64,000 bases of DNA, from NCBI GenBank assembly GCA_018065265.1, contig JAGHTP010000008.1, positions 466 through 64,465 of the forward strand, in the 5' to 3' direction. The notes under the pieces were generated by a model. It was not told the origin of the DNA and searched no databases. It saw nothing but the letters and a program-made list of their open reading frames with translations. Position 1 is the first letter of the stretch, and every line of letters begins with the position of its first letter. The DNA comes from Candidatus Cryptobacteroides aphodequi (GTDB lineage Bacteria > Bacteroidota > Bacteroidia > Bacteroidales > UBA932). This document shows, piece after piece, positions 37,099 through 45,797 of the stretch. Both the position numbers and the translations under genes were made by a program.

Positions 37099-37785
37099 TT
37101 ATCGAAGTTGGAATATTACAGGGAAGGTATAGGTAACCTTTACTGCACGGTCACGCTGCTTACCAGGAGTCCACTTGGGTGAACTTGCTACAACACGTAC
37201 GGCTTCCTTATCAAGTGAAGGATCGACTCCGCGGAGCACCCTTACGTTGGTTACTGAACCATCAGGGTTTACGGTAAACTGAAGCATTACACGGCCCTGA
37301 ACACCATTTTCCTTGGCAATTTCAGGATAAACAAGCCTTTCGTTAACCCACTTCGAGAATGCATTGGCATCACCACCGTTGAAACTCGGCTTCACTTCAA
37401 CCAGCTGGAAAGGAATTGCTTCCTCTTCGATTACCTCCTCTTCAACTTCAATATACTCCATAATCTCGACACCGAGGTCGTCGTCATCCTCGAGGTTGAT
37501 GATATTGTCTTCAACCTTGATATCATCCTCGACGATTTCGATCTGGTCCGAAAGAACAGGAATCTTCGGGGTCTCCGGCGGGGGTGGAGGAGTTTCTTCG
37601 GTGATAGGCACCATCTCGTCTTCGATAATCTCTACGGGACCTTCATCAAACATAGCGACTTTCTTTTCCTTGGAACCCCAGGAGAAGCCTGCCAGTGTGA
37701 TGAGCAGTGAGATTACGAAACCCGCTTCGATAAACAGAAGTCTCTTGTTTTCGAGGCTGGCGTTTTCTGTTTTCTTTATTTCCAT
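37099..37785 (-). CDS. tonB: Energy transducer TonB
   Basis: MEIKK...LE, a transmembrane anchor, a Pro/Glu-rich linker and TonB_C. Confidence 0.95.
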   Translation of the reverse strand: MEIKKTENASLENKRLLFIEAGFVISLLITLAGFSWGSKEKKVAMFDEGPVEIIEDEMVPITEETPPPPPETPKIPVLSDQIEIVEDDIKVEDNIINLEDDDDLGVEIMEYIEVEEEVIEEEAIPFQLVEVKPSFNGGDANAFSKWVNERLVYPEIAKENGVQGRVMLQFTVNPDGSVTNVRVLRGVDPSLDKEAVRVVASSPKWTPGKQRDRAVKVTYTFPVIFQLR

Positions 37786-37893
37786 ATGGTTTTCGTTATT
37801 ATCCCAAATAGTCCTCAAAGTTAGAAATTATTACGTATTTATCCAATTTTTACTTTTTAATGTTGTAGATTTGTAGGCCGTAAAACAGCATAT

Positions 37894-38313
37894 ATGATCA
37901 GATTTTTCAACGAGGATACAGACTTCCTTTACAAGGGTAAGGTGAACTGCCGCAAATGGCTCAAACTGGTTGCCGAGAGTGAGATACGCAAGATCGGAGA
38001 TATCAATGTTATTTTCTGCTCCGACAATTATATCCTTGACGTGAATATGAAATATCTGAGTCACGATTATTTCACCGATATCATAACCTTCGATTATTGC
38101 GAAGGCAACGTGCTCAGCGGTGACCTGTTCATAAGTGTCGATTCTGTAAAGGAAAACTCCGAGTTCTATCATACCGACTTCGAAGAGGAACTTCACAGGG
38201 TCATCGTTCATGGCGTGCTTCACCTGATTGGTTATGACGACCACACCGAATCCGACATAAAGACAATGAGGGAGAAGGAGGGATACTATTTATGTCTGCG
38301 ACCTATGATATAA
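37894..38313 (+). CDS. ybeY: rRNA maturation RNase YbeY
   Basis: Motifs [10 protein letters not shown] and [11 protein letters not shown]. Confidence 0.96.
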   Translation: MIRFFNEDTDFLYKGKVNCRKWLKLVAESEIRKIGDINVIFCSDNYILDVNMKYLSHDYFTDIITFDYCEGNVLSGDLFISVDSVKENSEFYHTDFEEELHRVIVHGVLHLIGYDDHTESDIKTMREKEGYYLCLRPMI

Positions 38314-40154
38314 TAGTAGTCGGCGGAGGTCACGCCGGTTGCGAGGCCGCAGTTGCGGCAGCAAGGCTCGGATCTTCAGTCCTTCTTATTACTATGGACA
38401 GCCTTTCCTATGCAAGGATGTCCTGTAATCCGGCCGTTGGAGGAATAGCTAAGGGACAGATAGTCAGAGAGATAGATGCTCTTGGTGGATGTATGGGTCT
38501 TGTGACGGACGCTTCATCCCTGCAGTTCCGAATGCTCAATAAAAGTAAGGGACCGGCAATGTGGAGCCCCCGTGCACAGTGCGATAAAGTCGCTTTTTCT
38601 GCCGAGTGGGCTAAAATACTCGTAAGTACTTGTAAATTAACAATTTGTGAAGATTCTGCAGTTTCTTTTCTCGTTGAGAATCGAAAATTTCGCGGCGTAC
38701 GCACGGAATCACACGGAATTTTCGAATGTCAGGCGGTTATTCTGACGGCAGGAACCTTCCTTGGAGGTAAACTTTTCGTCGGACGCAAATGTACTCCTGG
38801 TGGAAGGATAGGTGAACTTCCCTCACTTGGTCTTACTTCGCAGCTCGAGTCTCTCGGAATCCGGACGGCTAGAATGAAAACCGGAACACCTCCGCGACTC
38901 GACATCACAAGTGTCGACACGTCCGTTCTTCCGATTCAGTATGGAGACCCGGAGCCTGAACGATTTTCATTTCTTCCTGTCAAGTCCAGAATACAGAAAG
39001 AAGGAGCAGTGCAGAAGACCTGTTATATCTGCCATACCAATGAAGAAGTTCACGAGGCATTGAGGTCCGGCTTCTGCGATTCTCCTCTCTTTTCGGGCTT
39101 GATTTCCGGAAAAGGCCCCAGATACTGTCCGAGTATAGAAGATAAACTTAGGGTATTCCCGGACAAGGATGAACATCAGCTTTTCCTTGAACCCGAGGGA
39201 GAGAATACCAATGAATATTATATCCAGGGTTTCTCGTCGTCGCTTCCTTTTGAAGTGCAGATGAAAGCGATGCATAAGATAAAGGGGCTTGAGAATGCAC
39301 GTGTATTCCGTCCTGCCTATGCGGTGGAATATGACTATTTCGACCCTACCCAGCTTGATGCAAGCCTCAAGTTGAAAGACTTCGAAGGAATGTATTTCGC
39401 AGGACAGATCAATGGAACAACTGGTTACGAAGAGGCAGCGGCACAGGGTCTGATGGCAGGTATCAATGCCCATCTGCATATAAATGGAAAGGATCCTTTC
39501 ATACTAGGCCGCGACGAATCATACATCGGCGTGCTGATAGATGACCTTATTACAAAAGGAGTGGATGAACCATACAGGATGTTCACTTCGAGGGCCGAAT
39601 ACCGTGTTCTGTTAAGACAGGACAACGCTGATGAGCGTCTTACTCCGCTTTCTTACAAAATAGGACTTGCTACAAAGGAAAGATACGACGCTGTAGTTGA
39701 GAAATACGCCAAAGTAAAAGAACTCCTTGAATATTGCTATTCCCGCAACATCACAGCGGCCAAGGCTAATCCTTATCTTGAATCAATAGGATCCTCTCCT
39801 GTGACGGAATCGAAGCGAATAGCCGATATTGTAGCAAGGCCGGACGTTACCCTTGGGGATATTTTGAAAATAGTTCCACGTGGAACTTACACGAAAGAAG
39901 AGATTGAATCGGCTGAGATTTCAATCAAGTATTCGGGCTATATTGAAAGAGAAAAGGAAAACGCCGCTAAATTGAAGAGACTTGAAGCATTGCGTATTCC
40001 TGAAAACTTCGATTTCAGCAAGCTGGAAGGTCTGACGATAGAGTGTCGGCAGAAGTTTGAACGCTACAGGCCAGCGACAATTGGTCAGGCTTCCAGGATT
40101 TCAGGAGTGTCTCCGGCCGATATATCCGTGCTTCTGGTTTATTTCGGTAGATAA
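38292..40154 (+). CDS. mnmG: tRNA uridine 5-carboxymethylaminomethyl modification enzyme MnmG (GidA)
   Basis: Motifs [47 protein letters not shown] and YRMFTSRAE. Confidence 0.98.
   Translation: MSATYDIIVVGGGHAGCEAAVAAARLGSSVLLITMDSLSYARMSCNPAVGGIAKGQIVREIDALGGCMGLVTDASSLQFRMLNKSKGPAMWSPRAQCDKVAFSAEWAKILVSTCKLTICEDSAVSFLVENRKFRGVRTESHGIFECQAVILTAGTFLGGKLFVGRKCTPGGRIGELPSLGLTSQLESLGIRTARMKTGTPPRLDITSVDTSVLPIQYGDPEPERFSFLPVKSRIQKEGAVQKTCYICHTNEEVHEALRSGFCDSPLFSGLISGKGPRYCPSIEDKLRVFPDKDEHQLFLEPEGENTNEYYIQGFSSSLPFEVQMKAMHKIKGLENARVFRPAYAVEYDYFDPTQLDASLKLKDFEGMYFAGQINGTTGYEEAAAQGLMAGINAHLHINGKDPFILGRDESYIGVLIDDLITKGVDEPYRMFTSRAEYRVLLRQDNADERLTPLSYKIGLATKERYDAVVEKYAKVKELLEYCYSRNITAAKANPYLESIGSSPVTESKRIADIVARPDVTLGDILKIVPRGTYTKEEIESAEISIKYSGYIEREKENAAKLKRLEALRIPENFDFSKLEGLTIECRQKFERYRPATIGQASRISGVSPADISVLLVYFGR
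39872..39887. promoter_or_regulatory. parS-like site inside mnmG
   Basis: Perfect 16-bp palindrome AGTTCCACGTGGAACT matching the parS consensus tGTTtCACGTGaAACa. It encodes the peptide VPRGT. Confidence 0.85.
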
Positions 40155-40182
40155 TTGTATTTTTGCGTAAAGACCATTCATT

Positions 40183-40782
40183 ATGATAGATTACATTAAA
40201 GGTGAAATAGCTGAGCTCACTCCTACCCGTGTTGTTGTAGAAACGGCCGGCATTGGATATTCAATTGAAATTTCCCTTCAGACTTACGCCGCGCTTGAGA
40301 ACTGCAAGCAGGCGAAGGTTTATATTTACCATCATATCCAGTCAAGTTCCGACGTTGAACTTTTCTATGGTTTTGCTACTCAGGACGAGCGGGCGCTCTT
40401 TACTCAAATTATTGGAGTTTCCGGAGTAGGCGTCAATACTGCAAGAATGATCCTTTCGACATTCAGTGCTGATGAATTCAGAAATGCCGTTGTGGCGGAA
40501 GATGTGAACCTGATCAAATCTGTCAAGGGAATAGGCCTCAAGGGTGCACAAAGAATAGTTCTCGAACTGAAGGACAAGATTGTCAAGGGTTCGGACACTC
40601 CCAGCCAGGAAATCTTCAGTGCCGCCGCTCAGCGCAATGTTGTTGCCGAAGAAGCTGCTGCAGCCTTGCTTATGCTTGGTTTCTCAAAGCCGAATATACA
40701 GAAGGCAATACAGACTATCCTAAAACGTACGCCTACCGCTAAGGTTGAGGAGATAATAAAATCTGCTCTTCAGATGCTGTAA
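40183..40782 (+). CDS. ruvA: Holliday junction branch migration protein RuvA
   Basis: Motifs MIDYIKG, LFYGF, VSGVG...A and VKGIG.K.AQRIVLELKDK. Confidence 0.97.
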   Translation: MIDYIKGEIAELTPTRVVVETAGIGYSIEISLQTYAALENCKQAKVYIYHHIQSSSDVELFYGFATQDERALFTQIIGVSGVGVNTARMILSTFSADEFRNAVVAEDVNLIKSVKGIGLKGAQRIVLELKDKIVKGSDTPSQEIFSAAAQRNVVAEEAAAALLMLGFSKPNIQKAIQTILKRTPTAKVEEIIKSALQML

Positions 40783-40798
40783 AGTTCCACGTAGAACA
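40783..40798. promoter_or_regulatory. Second parS-like site (ruvA-sufS spacer)
   Basis: AGTTCCACGTAGAACA, with one internal mismatch to the GTTCCACGTGGAAC core. It fills almost the whole 19-bp intergenic gap. Confidence 0.7.
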
Positions 40799-40801
40799 CA
40801 A

Positions 40802-42016
40802 ATGGAGATTAAAGAAATAAGAAATGAGTTCCCGCAGCTGTCGCGTACTGTGTACGGCAAGCCACTGGTTTATCTGGACAACGCTGCAACGGCGCTCAAA
40901 CCACGGAGCGTCATGGCTTGCTACGAGCATCTGGCTGCCGAGGTAAGTTCAAATATCCATCGTTCGGTACACAGGGTTTCCAATGAAGCCACAGCGGAAT
41001 TTGAGAATGCACGAAAGCGGGTTGCCGAGTTTCTTAACGCCCCGTCCGAAAGGAATATCGTATTCACTTCCGGTACCACCGATTCCATTAATCTGATAGC
41101 ATCCAGTTATGGCCAGGCCTTCATAGGCCGTGGCGATGAGATTGTAATATCGGAGCAGGAACACCATTCCGACATAGTTCCCTGGCAGATGCTTGCAGAG
41201 CGTACGGGAGCGGTGATCAAAGTCTGGAAGCTTGAGGATGACCTTCGACTCGGCCCCTCTTCGCTCGAGAAACTTCTCGGCCCTAAAACAAAGATAGTCT
41301 GTGTTTCCCACGCATCGAACGTACTTGGAATCGTAACCCCGATAAAGGAAATATGCGCGCTTTGCCACAGGCATAATATTCCCGTATGCGTCGATGGAGC
41401 GCAGGGAATCGTGCATTGCAAGGTTGATGTACAGGACCTTGACTGTGATTTCTATTCATTCTCCGGCCATAAGATCTATGCCGCCACCGGGACGGGAGTT
41501 ATGTATGCGAAGGCAAAATGGCTCGAGCAGATGCCTCCTTATCGCGGCGGTGGCGAAATGATCGCAGATGTAACTTGGGAAAGGACCACTTATGCCGACT
41601 ATCCGTTCAAGTTCGAGGCGGGGACTCCTAATATCACATCCGTACCCACGCTTGTTCCTGCGATAGAAATGCTTGAGCAGATGCGCTCTTTGGAAGAATC
41701 GTCGGCCGCTGTTGCTTCCTACGTTTTGGACGCCCTTCAATCGGATAAACGCATCACGCTTTATGGTGACTCGTCTTCAGAGAAGCTCCCCATATTCTCA
41801 TTCGCCGTCAAGGGTGCGCATCAGGAAGATCTCGCCCTTGTACTTGACAAGATGGGTGTTGCTCTTCGCTCCGGCGAAATGTGCGCCGCGCCGCTTATGC
41901 ACAGGCTTAGAGTCACTGGACTCCTTCGTGCTTCGTTCGCCCCATACAACACCATCGAAGAAGCACGATACTTTGTTGAATGCCTTGGAAAGGCAATAGA
42001 AATGCTTACCATATGA
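40802..42016 (+). CDS. sufS: Cysteine desulfurase SufS
   Basis: Motifs YLDNAAT, EHHS.IVPWQ, DGAQ, SGHK (PLP Lys), FEAGTP and RSGEMCA. Confidence 0.95.
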   Translation: MEIKEIRNEFPQLSRTVYGKPLVYLDNAATALKPRSVMACYEHLAAEVSSNIHRSVHRVSNEATAEFENARKRVAEFLNAPSERNIVFTSGTTDSINLIASSYGQAFIGRGDEIVISEQEHHSDIVPWQMLAERTGAVIKVWKLEDDLRLGPSSLEKLLGPKTKIVCVSHASNVLGIVTPIKEICALCHRHNIPVCVDGAQGIVHCKVDVQDLDCDFYSFSGHKIYAATGTGVMYAKAKWLEQMPPYRGGGEMIADVTWERTTYADYPFKFEAGTPNITSVPTLVPAIEMLEQMRSLEESSAAVASYVLDALQSDKRITLYGDSSSEKLPIFSFAVKGAHQEDLALVLDKMGVALRSGEMCAAPLMHRLRVTGLLRASFAPYNTIEEARYFVECLGKAIEMLTI

Positions 42017-42426
42017 ACACTCTCGAAGAAGCCAAACAAGCCGTCATCGACGATTTCTCGCTCTATGACGAGTGGCTTGACAAATATGAATATCTGATAG
42101 AACTCGGCAAGGGACTCGAGCCATTCGACCAGGCCGACAAGACCGATGATAAACTTATAAAAGGTTGTCAATCAAGACTTTGGCTAAAGTGTGAGAAAAA
42201 AGACGGCAGACTTTATTTCACTGCCGACAGCGATGCCATCATCACAAAGGGAATAATCTCGCTGCTCATAGGAGTGTATTCCGGACGTACTCCAGAAGAA
42301 ATAGCCGGAGACGACTTCTCTTTCATAGTCACCATAGGACTCAAGGACAATCTCTCTCCTACGCGTGCGAACGGTCTGGCATCAATGATCGAAACAATCA
42401 AATGCTTCGCCCAAGATGAACGATAA
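42013..42426 (+). CDS. sufE: Sulfur acceptor SufE
   Basis: Motifs KYEYLIELGK, IKGCQS.LW, DSDA.ITKG and LSPTRANGL. Confidence 0.95.
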   Translation: MNTLEEAKQAVIDDFSLYDEWLDKYEYLIELGKGLEPFDQADKTDDKLIKGCQSRLWLKCEKKDGRLYFTADSDAIITKGIISLLIGVYSGRTPEEIAGDDFSFIVTIGLKDNLSPTRANGLASMIETIKCFAQDER

Positions 42427-42775
42427 TATACTTACTCCGGAAGACATCAAGGAGCTTTCTCCTCTTTACGATGCCGTTGTACTTGCCCTCAAGCAGGTAT
42501 ATGACCCTGAAATTCCGGTTAACATATACGACCTCGGCCTCATTTATGAACTCCAGATAGACAAGCAGCACGACGTCCATATCACTATGACCTTCACGGC
42601 TCCAAACTGCCCCATGGCCGATGAGGTTATGGCGGAGGTAAAAAGGAACGTGGAACTCACTCCGGGGATTCATTCCTGCGAAATAACACTTGTGTTCGAG
42701 CCTGTCTGGGACCGCAGCATGCTCTCTGACGAGGCACGCATAGCCCTTGGTTGGGATCCTGAATTCGAGGACTGA
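42416..42775 (+). CDS. DUF59/SufT Fe-S assembly protein
   Basis: Motifs VYDPEIPVNIYDLGLIY and T.TAPNCP. Confidence 0.93.
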   Translation: MNDNILTPEDIKELSPLYDAVVLALKQVYDPEIPVNIYDLGLIYELQIDKQHDVHITMTFTAPNCPMADEVMAEVKRNVELTPGIHSCEITLVFEPVWDRSMLSDEARIALGWDPEFED

Positions 42776-42779
42776 GCCG

Positions 42780-43229
42780 ATGGAGGTCTATTTTTCTCTC
42801 GGATCCAACCTCGGCTGCAGGCTTGCCAATATAGAAAAGGCCATAACTAGGCTTTCCGTAGCCCTTGAAGCCGGCCCCGAACGCTTGAGTTCAATAATGG
42901 AAACTCCCTCGGACGGCTTCGACGGACCGGCGTTCCTCAACTGCGCCGCTCTTTACATCCTACCGGACGAAATGTCCCCCGATGACATACTCGACCGTTG
43001 CCAGAAAGTGGAACAGAAACTCGGCCGCCCTGCTCACGAAGCAGAATTCGACGCCCAGGGCAAAAGGGTGTATTCTTCAAGGACCATAGACATAGACATA
43101 CTTCTTATCGGTGACAAGCGCATAGAGACTCCGCGCCTGAGCGTTCCGCATCCAGGGGCATTCACTCGCAGCTATATGATTGAGCCGCTGAAGGAAATCT
43201 GCCCGGATTGGGATAAATGGCTGAAATAA
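42780..43229 (+). CDS. folK: 2-amino-4-hydroxy-6-hydroxymethyldihydropteridine diphosphokinase
   Basis: Motifs SLGSNLG, FLN.A, RTIDIDIL and VPHP. Confidence 0.93.
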   Translation: MEVYFSLGSNLGCRLANIEKAITRLSVALEAGPERLSSIMETPSDGFDGPAFLNCAALYILPDEMSPDDILDRCQKVEQKLGRPAHEAEFDAQGKRVYSSRTIDIDILLIGDKRIETPRLSVPHPGAFTRSYMIEPLKEICPDWDKWLK

Positions 43230-43263
43230 TTGTTACTTTTGTAGGATTTAACATTCAATATTT

Positions 43264-44802
43264 ATGACACAGGACGAACTTTTCAAAGTACTGGTTGCAC
43301 ATTGCAAGGAATACGGATTCATTTTCCCTTCAAGCGAAATCTACGATGGTCTCGCAGCCGTTTACGATTACGGCCAGATGGGTGTGGAACTCAAGAATAA
43401 CATCAAACAATACTGGTGGAACGCGATGACCCGCCTCAACGAGAATATCGTGGGCATCGACTCCTGCATCTTCATGCACCCCAGAATCTGGGAAGCCTCG
43501 GGCCACGTTGGCGCATTCAACGACCCCCTCATCGACAACAAGGACTCCAAGAAGCGTTACCGCGCCGACGTCCTCATCGAGGATTATCTCGGCAAGATAG
43601 AGGAGAAGATCAACAAGGAGGTCGAGAAAGGCCGCAAGAAATTCGGCGACAGCTTCGATGAAGCACAGTTCCGCGCCACAAACCCCAACGTCCTGCGCGA
43701 GCAGGCCAAGTATGACGAGGTTCACAACCGTTACGTGGCAGCCGAGCAGGCTTCCGATTTCGAGGAATACCGCCGCATAATCATCGACTGTAACATCGTC
43801 TGCCCCATCAGCGGCACCTGCAACTGGACAGAAGTACGCCAGTTCAACCTTATGTTCAGCACCTCGATGGGCAGCACAAGCGAAGGCGCAAATACCATTT
43901 ATCTGCGTCCCGAGACAGCCCAGGGCATATTCGTCAACTACCTTAACGTTCAGAAGACAGGCCGTATGAAGATTCCTTTCGGAATCGCCCAGATCGGAAA
44001 GGCCTTCCGCAACGAGATCGTCGCACGTCAGTTCATCTTCCGTATGAGGGAGTTCGAGCAGATGGAAATGCAGTTCTTCATCAAGCCCGGTACCGAACTC
44101 GACTGGTTCGCAAAGTGGAAGGAGCAGCGTATGAAATGGCACGTCAACATCGGAATGGGTGCTGAGAACTACCGTTTCCACGACCACGAGAAGCTTGCCC
44201 ACTACGCAAACGCAGCCACCGATATCGAATTCAACTTCCCCTTCGGTTTCAAAGAGCTCGAAGGCGTGCACAGCCGCACGAACTTCGACCTTGGCAACCA
44301 TCAGAAATTCAGCGGAAAGAAGATTGAATACTTCGACCCCGAAGAGGGCAAGGCATACACTCCGTACGTAATCGAGACAAGTATCGGCGTTGACCGTATG
44401 GTTCTCGCGGTGCTCAGCCACTCCTTCAAGGAAGAGCAGCTCGAAAACGGCGAGACACGCGTCGTGCTCAGCATCCCCGCACCTCTCGCACCCGTAAAGG
44501 CCGCAGTCCTGCCTCTCGTAAAGAAAGACGGTCTGCCGGAGCTCGCACAGAAGATAATGAACGACCTCAAGTACGACTTCAACTGCCAGTACGAAGAGAA
44601 GGATTCCATCGGCAAGCGCTATCGTCGCCAGGACGCCATCGGAACTCCGTTCTGCATCACCGTGGACTATGAATCGCTCGAAGACAACTGCGTTACCGTA
44701 CGCGACCGCGACACTCTCGAGCAGAAGAGGGTTCCCATCGCACAGCTCCGCAGTCTCATCGACGAGAAAGTCAACCTCAACAACCTTCTCCGCAATCTTT
44801 AA
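43264..44802 (+). CDS. glyQS: Glycine--tRNA ligase (alpha2 type)
   Basis: Motifs YLRPETAQGIF, GKAFRNEI, FRMREFEQME and SIGKRYRRQDAIGTP. Confidence 0.97.
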   Translation: MTQDELFKVLVAHCKEYGFIFPSSEIYDGLAAVYDYGQMGVELKNNIKQYWWNAMTRLNENIVGIDSCIFMHPRIWEASGHVGAFNDPLIDNKDSKKRYRADVLIEDYLGKIEEKINKEVEKGRKKFGDSFDEAQFRATNPNVLREQAKYDEVHNRYVAAEQASDFEEYRRIIIDCNIVCPISGTCNWTEVRQFNLMFSTSMGSTSEGANTIYLRPETAQGIFVNYLNVQKTGRMKIPFGIAQIGKAFRNEIVARQFIFRMREFEQMEMQFFIKPGTELDWFAKWKEQRMKWHVNIGMGAENYRFHDHEKLAHYANAATDIEFNFPFGFKELEGVHSRTNFDLGNHQKFSGKKIEYFDPEEGKAYTPYVIETSIGVDRMVLAVLSHSFKEEQLENGETRVVLSIPAPLAPVKAAVLPLVKKDGLPELAQKIMNDLKYDFNCQYEEKDSIGKRYRRQDAIGTPFCITVDYESLEDNCVTVRDRDTLEQKRVPIAQLRSLIDEKVNLNNLLRNL

Positions 44803-45797
44803 TGGAGGAGCGCGAGATGACTTTCGCGGCAATGGGCCGCGTCGAGGCTATCAAGAGCCTTTTCGAAGGAACTCCCTATAAACCCTTCGAAGAACCTCTG
44901 TGGTTCTTTCCCGAAAACGGGGCGGCCGTAACGACCGCCTCTTGCGTATTTACCGAAGGGATAGACTTTGACCTGAAATATTTTCCCCTCAAGCACCTCG
45001 GCTACAAGAGCGTCGTGCAGACGGTGGGCGAGCTTTACGCCGTTATGGCAAAGCCCCGCACTCTGGCCGTGACAATAAGCATCTCCGCAAAGCTTGACTA
45101 TCCCCAGGCGGCTGAAATCTGGAGCGGAATCATATCCGCCGCCACCGAGTTCGGCTTCAAGAGCGTAAGTCTGGACCTCAGACCCTCGCGCACAGGTCTT
45201 CTTGTGAGCATAAGCGTCAGCGGAGAGGCTTCGAAGGCGAGCTGCGAACGCCGCAGCAAGGCCGAAAGCAAAGACCTCATCTGCGTGAGCGGACACCTCG
45301 GAGCCGCATATCTCGGCCAGCAACTGCTCGAGCACAGGTTCCAGGATCTGGACAAATACAAGATGCAGGCTGCGGCCTATCTGCGCCCCGAACTGGCTGC
45401 AAACACCATAGAAAGGCTCGAACAGGCCGGCATCTGCCCCTCGTTCGGATACTTCCTCAAGGCGGGTCTTGCGGACGCGGTTCTGCGCCTTACGCGCGAC
45501 AGCGGCCTCGGAGCGAAAATCTATGCCGACAAGATTCCTTTCGAAGGGAACAGCTTCGCGCTGGGGAAAGAGCTCGACATCGACCCCGTTTCCGCCGCGA
45601 TGAACGGAGGAGACGACAGCTCGCTGCTCTTCACCATTCCTCTCGCGCAGTACGAAAGCTTCCGCCACGACTTCCAGGACTTCAACATAATAGGCCATCT
45701 GGCGCAGAGCAATGTCGTCGCCGTGCTTGTAACTCCCGAAGGTGTGGAACTGCCCCTTAAGGCTCAGGGCTATTTGAACGAAGCGGAAACGCTGTAG
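44802..45797 (+). CDS. thiL: Thiamine-monophosphate kinase-like protein with degenerate active site
   Basis: Scaffold motifs EGIDFDL.Y.PL.HLGYK, DLICVSG.LGAAY.G, YLRPE and AMNGG.D. Several catalytic Asp motifs are missing (see findings). Confidence 0.8.
   Translation: MEEREMTFAAMGRVEAIKSLFEGTPYKPFEEPLWFFPENGAAVTTASCVFTEGIDFDLKYFPLKHLGYKSVVQTVGELYAVMAKPRTLAVTISISAKLDYPQAAEIWSGIISAATEFGFKSVSLDLRPSRTGLLVSISVSGEASKASCERRSKAESKDLICVSGHLGAAYLGQQLLEHRFQDLDKYKMQAAAYLRPELAANTIERLEQAGICPSFGYFLKAGLADAVLRLTRDSGLGAKIYADKIPFEGNSFALGKELDIDPVSAAMNGGDDSSLLFTIPLAQYESFRHDFQDFNIIGHLAQSNVVAVLVTPEGVELPLKAQGYLNEAETL

Noticed and set aside
42643-42656. Additional parS candidate (GGAACGTGGAACT)
   Set aside because: It matches only a half-site and is not palindromic.
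43330-44832. 500-aa antisense ORF over glyQS, and similar shadow ORFs over dnaE (46913..48691), ychF, galM and mutS
   Set aside because: These are mirror ORFs expected from strong G/C-ending codon bias on the sense strand. They have no motifs of their own.
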